Origin: Campylobacterota bacterium
GTDB lineage: Bacteria; Campylobacterota; Campylobacteria; Campylobacterales; Sulfurimonadaceae
Direction of reading: 5' to 3'
Assembly (NCBI GenBank): GCA_034717975.1
Contig: JAYEMF010000067.1
Location: forward strand, 1 to 35,084
DNA: 35,084 nucleotides
Each line of letters begins with the position of its first letter. The first letter of the stretch is position 1. A model generated the notes under the pieces. That model had not been told where the DNA came from, did not search any database, and worked only from the letters and a program-made list of their open reading frames with translations. The position numbers were made by a program, and so were the translations under genes. Shown here one piece after another: positions 29,357-35,084 of this stretch.

Positions 29357-29486
29357 CTCAACTTTCGCACATACCGTCACCCCGGACTTGATCCAGGGTC
29401 TACAGCTACAAAGTCTTAAACATAAAAACCACTAGATTCCGGGTCAAGCCCGGAATGACAGCCGTTTTTCATGTGCGAAAGTTGAG
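29357..29486. mobile_element. 130-bp MITE with perfect 16-bp terminal inverted repeats and 8-bp target-site duplication
   Basis: CTCAACTTTCGCACAT (29357-29372) and ATGTGCGAAAGTTGAG (29471-29486), flanked by direct repeats TAAAGTAT at 29349-29356 and 29487-29494. Confidence 0.85.
29375..29460. repeat. Inverted dimer of CGTC/GTCA-tagged REP-like palindromes inside the MITE
   Basis: cGTCA-CCCCGGA-CTTGA-TCCAGGG-TCTA (29375-29402) and, on the opposite strand, tGTCA-TTCCGGG-CTTGA-CCCGGAA-TCTA (29433-29460). Confidence 0.75.
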
Positions 29487-29575
29487 TAAAGTATATTTTA
29501 GAACTTTAGCAAAATAAAATAAGATAAAAATTGTCCTAAATCAATTATGCTTAAATTTTTAAGTTATGAAACGGT

Positions 29576-29672
29576 TTAACCTGCCGCTTTTGCATCTTCA
29601 GCAATTTTGGCAATGGCTTCAGGATTATCCATGATATCCTGAGAAATCTTGTAACTGCAAAACTTCGGTCCG
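29576..29672 (-). repeat. Duplicated 3' end of thiC (att-like direct repeat of 29765-29861)
   Basis: Encodes [31 protein letters not shown]; 51 bp identical (29622-29672 = 29811-29861) plus 46 bp with 12 mismatches. Confidence 0.9.
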
Positions 29673-29764
29673 TTATTATTGGAACGTGATATGAGCAAAG
29701 CCCATAACCCTACGCTTGCCGCTATGGCACTAAAGTATTGCACTTACGTGCAACATGTGTTGAC

Positions 29765-31189
<1,425 letters not shown>

Positions 31190-31376
31190 CTACGGCATCA
31201 AGAGCAGTACAAAAAATTTCAATTTTCTTTAAGGGCTTCATAAATATGTGCTGAAGCATTTAAAATTTCCACTTTAATAATGGTTGAAAATAGAAAAACA
31301 ATTTTACAGAAACAAGATAAAAAAAAGCTTTTTGACTGTATAATTTCGTAACATTTCAAGAGAAATAGGAGTTATA

Positions 31377-32498
31377 TTGTCTGATTTAACACTTATTCTC
31401 CTTGCTGCAGGCAGTTCAAGCCGTTTTGAGCATCCTGTTAAAAAGCAGTGGCTTCGTATTGGGCATGATCCTTTGTGGCTTTTTGTTACAAATAGACTCA
31501 ACAACGGCGGTTTATTTAATAAAATCATCATAACAGCTCATCCTGATGAAGTAACTTTTATGGACACTTACTCCGACCACATAGTCGTTGAAGGCGGAAA
31601 CAGCAGACAGGAATCACTACAGAATGCCCTCAGGCTGGTTGATAGTGAGTATGTTCTCGTCACAGATATTGCCCGTGCCTGTATTGATACCAAACTACTC
31701 AATACGATGATTGAGCACAAAGAAGAAGCAGACTGTATTGTTCCCTATCTCCCATCCATTGATACGATTGTCTATGGTGATGAGACCATTAACCGTGATA
31801 ATGTCAAACGTATTCAAACCCCTCAACTCTCACGTACCACTATCTTGAAAAAAGCGCTTGACACCGTGCATGAGTATACTGACGAAAGCAGTGCCATCAA
31901 AGCCAGTGGCGGCACCCGCTTCTTTATTGAGGGGCATGACGATGCCCACAAACTCACCTACCTGAGCGATCTCAGAAAAGTCCCTTGCCTTCAGCCGCCT
32001 GCTTCGGCGACCCTCCTTGGCAACGGCTTTGATGTTCATGCTTTTGAAGCGGGCAAACCGATGGTACTTGGCGGTGTCAATATCGATGCTGATTTCGGTT
32101 TCAAAGCACACAGTGACGGCGATGTCGCTATTCACGCCCTCATTGATGCACTTCTTGGTGCTGCGGGAATGGGTGATATCGGGATGCTTTTTCCTGACAG
32201 TGATGACATCTATAAAAATGCGGATTCCAAACTTTTACTTGAAAAGACAGTTACGCTGCTACATCGGTTTGGATACATCATCGTCAATGCCGACGTTACC
32301 ATTGCGGCAGAGACACCGCGTCTGGCTGAGTACAAAACACATATGCGTAAAGTGCTCGCTTCATTGATGTGCATTCCTGCCTCACGGATGAACGTCAAAG
32401 CGACTACTACAGAAAAACTTGGCTTTATTGGCCGTAAAGAGGGTGTAGCTGTAATGGCTACGGCTACATTAAACTATTTTAACTGGACGGATAAATGA
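31377..32498 (+). CDS. ispDF: Bifunctional IspD/IspF (MEP pathway)
   Basis: LAAGSSSRF..KQW, GGNSRQES, QTPQ (IspD); GFDVH, HSDGDV, GDIG.LFPD, KATTTEKLGF (IspF); TTG start with AGGAG RBS. Confidence 0.93.
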   Translation: MSDLTLILLAAGSSSRFEHPVKKQWLRIGHDPLWLFVTNRLNNGGLFNKIIITAHPDEVTFMDTYSDHIVVEGGNSRQESLQNALRLVDSEYVLVTDIARACIDTKLLNTMIEHKEEADCIVPYLPSIDTIVYGDETINRDNVKRIQTPQLSRTTILKKALDTVHEYTDESSAIKASGGTRFFIEGHDDAHKLTYLSDLRKVPCLQPPASATLLGNGFDVHAFEAGKPMVLGGVNIDADFGFKAHSDGDVAIHALIDALLGAAGMGDIGMLFPDSDDIYKNADSKLLLEKTVTLLHRFGYIIVNADVTIAAETPRLAEYKTHMRKVLASLMCIPASRMNVKATTTEKLGFIGRKEGVAVMATATLNYFNWTDK

Positions 32499-33382
32499 GA
32501 ATATTGATTATTGAGAATGAGATCTATTTGGCACAAAGTATTGCGGCCAAACTGGGTGAACTTGGACATACCTGCGATATGAGCAGCTCTACCAATGAGG
32601 CACTTAAAGGCATTCCTTATGACGTGGTACTTCTCTCGACAAGTATTAATGGACAAGATTTCTATCCGGTAATTAACGCCTATAAAAATGCTGTCATCAT
32701 TTTAATGGTAGCGTACATCAGCAACGATACTGTCTCAAAACCGTTGCAAGCCGGTGCCAAAGACTATATCTTAAAACCGTTTATGATTGAAGAACTCATC
32801 CGTAAGATTGAGCACTTTCAAGATTATGAACGTCTCAAGCGTCAGAATACAGCGTATGAACGCTACCTGAACCATACTTTTGACGCTGTCGATCTGGAAG
32901 AAGACTTCAGCAGCATTGAAGAGCCGCTTTTTATCTCCAGCAGTTTTCAAAAATATGCCGACGCCTTCGCATTTCGCTATGCTGATACGCATAAGAAGAC
33001 CTTGCATTTTGTCTCACTGACTTCACCGAAGGCACTCAGTGAGATTGCTTCTCAACCCGCTAGCGTTGTGATTTATGTCAGTGACTTCCAAACCCTTAAA
33101 AAAAGTGATCGTAAACCTTTCATGGATATGATCATCGACCGTGAAGTCATCGTTTCAAGCACCGATATGATAGATGGAATCGATTACGCCATTATCGAAA
33201 TCAAAAGTGAAAACAATGTTTTTGAACAGGGAGACATCCTTCCGATAGAAGACTATGTCAAATATATTGTCCTTAATTACCAGCATAAGTTTCCCGATAC
33301 CGAACTCTCAAAAAAACTGGGTATCTCACGAAAAAGTCTTTGGGAAAAGCGGAAAAAATATGGCATCATCAAAAAGAAATAG
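32495..33382 (+). CDS. Atypical orphan response regulator, HP1021/Cj1608 (CemR)-like; receiver domain plus C-terminal Fis-type HTH
   Basis: Receiver fold (ILIIENE..DVVLLS..DYILKPF) with Ser in place of the phospho-Asp; C-terminal ELSKKLGISRKSLWEK HTH; follows ispDF as in Helicobacter and Campylobacter. Confidence 0.8.
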   Translation: MRILIIENEIYLAQSIAAKLGELGHTCDMSSSTNEALKGIPYDVVLLSTSINGQDFYPVINAYKNAVIILMVAYISNDTVSKPLQAGAKDYILKPFMIEELIRKIEHFQDYERLKRQNTAYERYLNHTFDAVDLEEDFSSIEEPLFISSSFQKYADAFAFRYADTHKKTLHFVSLTSPKALSEIASQPASVVIYVSDFQTLKKSDRKPFMDMIIDREVIVSSTDMIDGIDYAIIEIKSENNVFEQGDILPIEDYVKYIVLNYQHKFPDTELSKKLGISRKSLWEKRKKYGIIKKK

Positions 33383-34553
33383 AACTCTCTTTATTGATAG
33401 TGAAGCGGTCTCTGCCCTTTCACTGGTAAAAGCGGGACTGCTTAAGCCTGTTGACAGACTCCTCAATCAAAAAGAGGCAGCAGAAGTGCTCAAAACTGGT
33501 CTGCTCGACGGCAGTACCTTTCCCTTTCCTTTTCTACTCGCTCCCAGTGGAAAGCGTAACAAAGAGGTTTTGAAAACTGCCCACTCTGGAGAAACCCTTG
33601 ATCTAATTACCCATGCGGGAGAAGTGGTTGGTGAACTTCTGGTTGATGAAGTCTTTCCCATCAATATCCAGGAACGTCTGCGCCAAATCTACGGAAGCGA
33701 TGATCGCTCACATCCCGGGGTAGCCTCAACCAGTAAGCGTTTGGGCAGCTACTCGGTGTCGGGTGAATACAGTATCGATACAACAAAACTTGAAGCAACA
33801 AAACAGTTTATTTTGGATGCCAAAGCGCGTATCAATGCACAACACACAACAGCTATCATGATGGCTGTCAATCCGCTTCACAGGGCCCATGAACGCCTGA
33901 TTCGCCAAACGCTTGAAAGCACTGACCTTATCGTCCTCTTTTTACTGAAACCTTATCAAAACAGCGGACTGCCATACGAACTTCGAGAGCATACGCTCAA
34001 ACACTTTATCAACAATTTTCTACCACAAAACCGTGTCATCATTGTTACCCTGGAAAACAGCTATCTTTTTGCCGGCTCCAATGAGGTTATCATCGATGCC
34101 ATCGTCGCCGGCAATTACGGATGTGATCAACTGATGATCGGTCAAAACCACGCCGGAGTGGGTATGTATTATGACCACAATGCCAATAAATCCGTCATCG
34201 ACCGGCTTCAAGGCATCAATATCAATATCAACATCGCTTCGGAGTATGTCTATTGCGATCAGTGCACCACACTGGTCAGTACCAAAACCTGTCCGCATGG
34301 AAGACATCACCACATCTCTTATCACTCCGATGCCATATTGGAACTGATTAAAACGGGTGTTATTCCACCAGCTGTACTTATGCGAAAAGAGATATCTGCT
34401 ACCATCTTGACACACCTGTTTCCGGGTCGTTTTAAAAATATTGAGAAGCTATACAATGCAATTATGCCGGTTCAGGGGCTTATCGAAGAGCACTCCGAAG
34501 CTGATTTCTATTCTGAACTGATGAAGCTCTATCAGACCACCTCACTGACTTAA
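33360..34553 (+). CDS. Sulfate adenylyltransferase (ATP sulfurylase)-like protein with divergent active site
   Basis: HPGV, NPLHRAHE, GQNHAGVG and CDQC..CPH Zn motif. ATG at 33360 preferred to 33255. Confidence 0.75.
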   Translation: MASSKRNRTLFIDSEAVSALSLVKAGLLKPVDRLLNQKEAAEVLKTGLLDGSTFPFPFLLAPSGKRNKEVLKTAHSGETLDLITHAGEVVGELLVDEVFPINIQERLRQIYGSDDRSHPGVASTSKRLGSYSVSGEYSIDTTKLEATKQFILDAKARINAQHTTAIMMAVNPLHRAHERLIRQTLESTDLIVLFLLKPYQNSGLPYELREHTLKHFINNFLPQNRVIIVTLENSYLFAGSNEVIIDAIVAGNYGCDQLMIGQNHAGVGMYYDHNANKSVIDRLQGINININIASEYVYCDQCTTLVSTKTCPHGRHHHISYHSDAILELIKTGVIPPAVLMRKEISATILTHLFPGRFKNIEKLYNAIMPVQGLIEEHSEADFYSELMKLYQTTSLT

Positions 34554-34564
34554 AGGATACCCGG

Positions 34565-35074
34565 ATGAATTGGTTTTTTCTCACCGTCGGATACAGTGGT
34601 CTTGCACCAAAAGCACCGGGTACTGTCGGAACCCTTGTCTCATTGCCTGTCGGTGTTGCCATTCTCGCTCTGCTTGGACCACAGACACTCTTTTTAGCTG
34701 CCCTTCTCGCCACCGTAGCCGGTATCAAGATGGTCGATCTTTATGAGGCTCAAAGCGGTATCCATGATGACAAACGAATTGTACTCGATGAACTCGCCGG
34801 AATGTGGATTGCCCTCTCTATCGCACCTGCAGTTATGTTTACCTCGTCTGAACTCTTTGCTTGGGAGAACGGCATTGCCATCCAGATCATCCTGAGTTTT
34901 ATACTCTTCAGGATCTATGATATCAAAAAGCCCTCGATCATCGGGAGAATTGACCGTGAAACAAAAGGGGGTATGGGCGTTATGGGTGATGATGTCATCG
35001 CCGGTTTCGCTGCAGGTATCACCACCGCCATCATCTGGCAGATCATTCTAAAACTTCTCTCTCTTTTCTCATAA
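34565..35074 (+). CDS. pgpA: Phosphatidylglycerophosphatase A
   Basis: SGLAPKAPGTVGT, HDDKRIVLDE, FRIYDIKKP and GVMGDD motifs. Confidence 0.92.
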   Translation: MNWFFLTVGYSGLAPKAPGTVGTLVSLPVGVAILALLGPQTLFLAALLATVAGIKMVDLYEAQSGIHDDKRIVLDELAGMWIALSIAPAVMFTSSELFAWENGIAIQIILSFILFRIYDIKKPSIIGRIDRETKGGMGVMGDDVIAGFAAGITTAIIWQIILKLLSLFS

Positions 35075-35084
35075 AACCTTTAAA

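Noticed and set aside
29326..29370. N-terminal extension of Mrp (MRKLRYFKYRFIRKK) from the ORF track
   Set aside because: It starts inside the MITE end; the downstream ATG at 29325 has a proper RBS.
29357..29486. CRISPR array or integron attC interpretation of the palindromic region
   Set aside because: No regularly spaced repeats, cas genes or cassette ORFs; terminal inverted repeats plus target duplication fit a MITE better.
29555..29580. TTTAAGTTATGAAAC resembling one arm of a XerH/difH site
   Set aside because: Only a partial half-site with no matching inverted arm at the right spacing; likely chance in AT-rich DNA.

Overview
Core chromosomal region of a chemolithoautotrophic Campylobacterota (epsilonproteobacterium; Sulfurimonas/Sulfuricurvum/Sulfurovum-like, inferred from gene content and order). 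Left to right: two tandem prepilin/pseudopilin-like genes; ATP citrate lyase aclBA (reverse TCA cycle); a GT39/ArnT-like membrane protein; pabA/trpG; a 13-gene complex I operon (nuoA,B,CD,E,F,G,H,I,J,K,L,M,N, minus strand); a GT2; mqnE; a glnD-like gene; glmS; a heme-c-motif diguanylate cyclase; mrp/apbC; thiC; ispDF; an atypical HP1021/Cj1608(CemR)-type response regulator; a degenerate ATP sulfurylase; and pgpA. No rRNA, tRNA, CRISPR array, integrase or transposase was recognised. Most notable observations: (1) the NuoF dinucleotide pocket is remodelled (GEE->GEK, aromatic adenine clamp lost), suggesting NADPH or a non-NADH donor; (2) a second, codon-conserved copy of the thiC 3' end lies 92 bp downstream of thiC, like the attL/attR pair of an almost empty integrative element; (3) a 130-bp MITE with perfect 16-bp terminal inverted repeats and an 8-bp target duplication, carrying a REP dimer, sits in the mrp leader; (4) Mrp lacks its CxxC cluster motif but has a Cys-containing tail. 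All assignments come from motif recognition by eye; no database searches were run.
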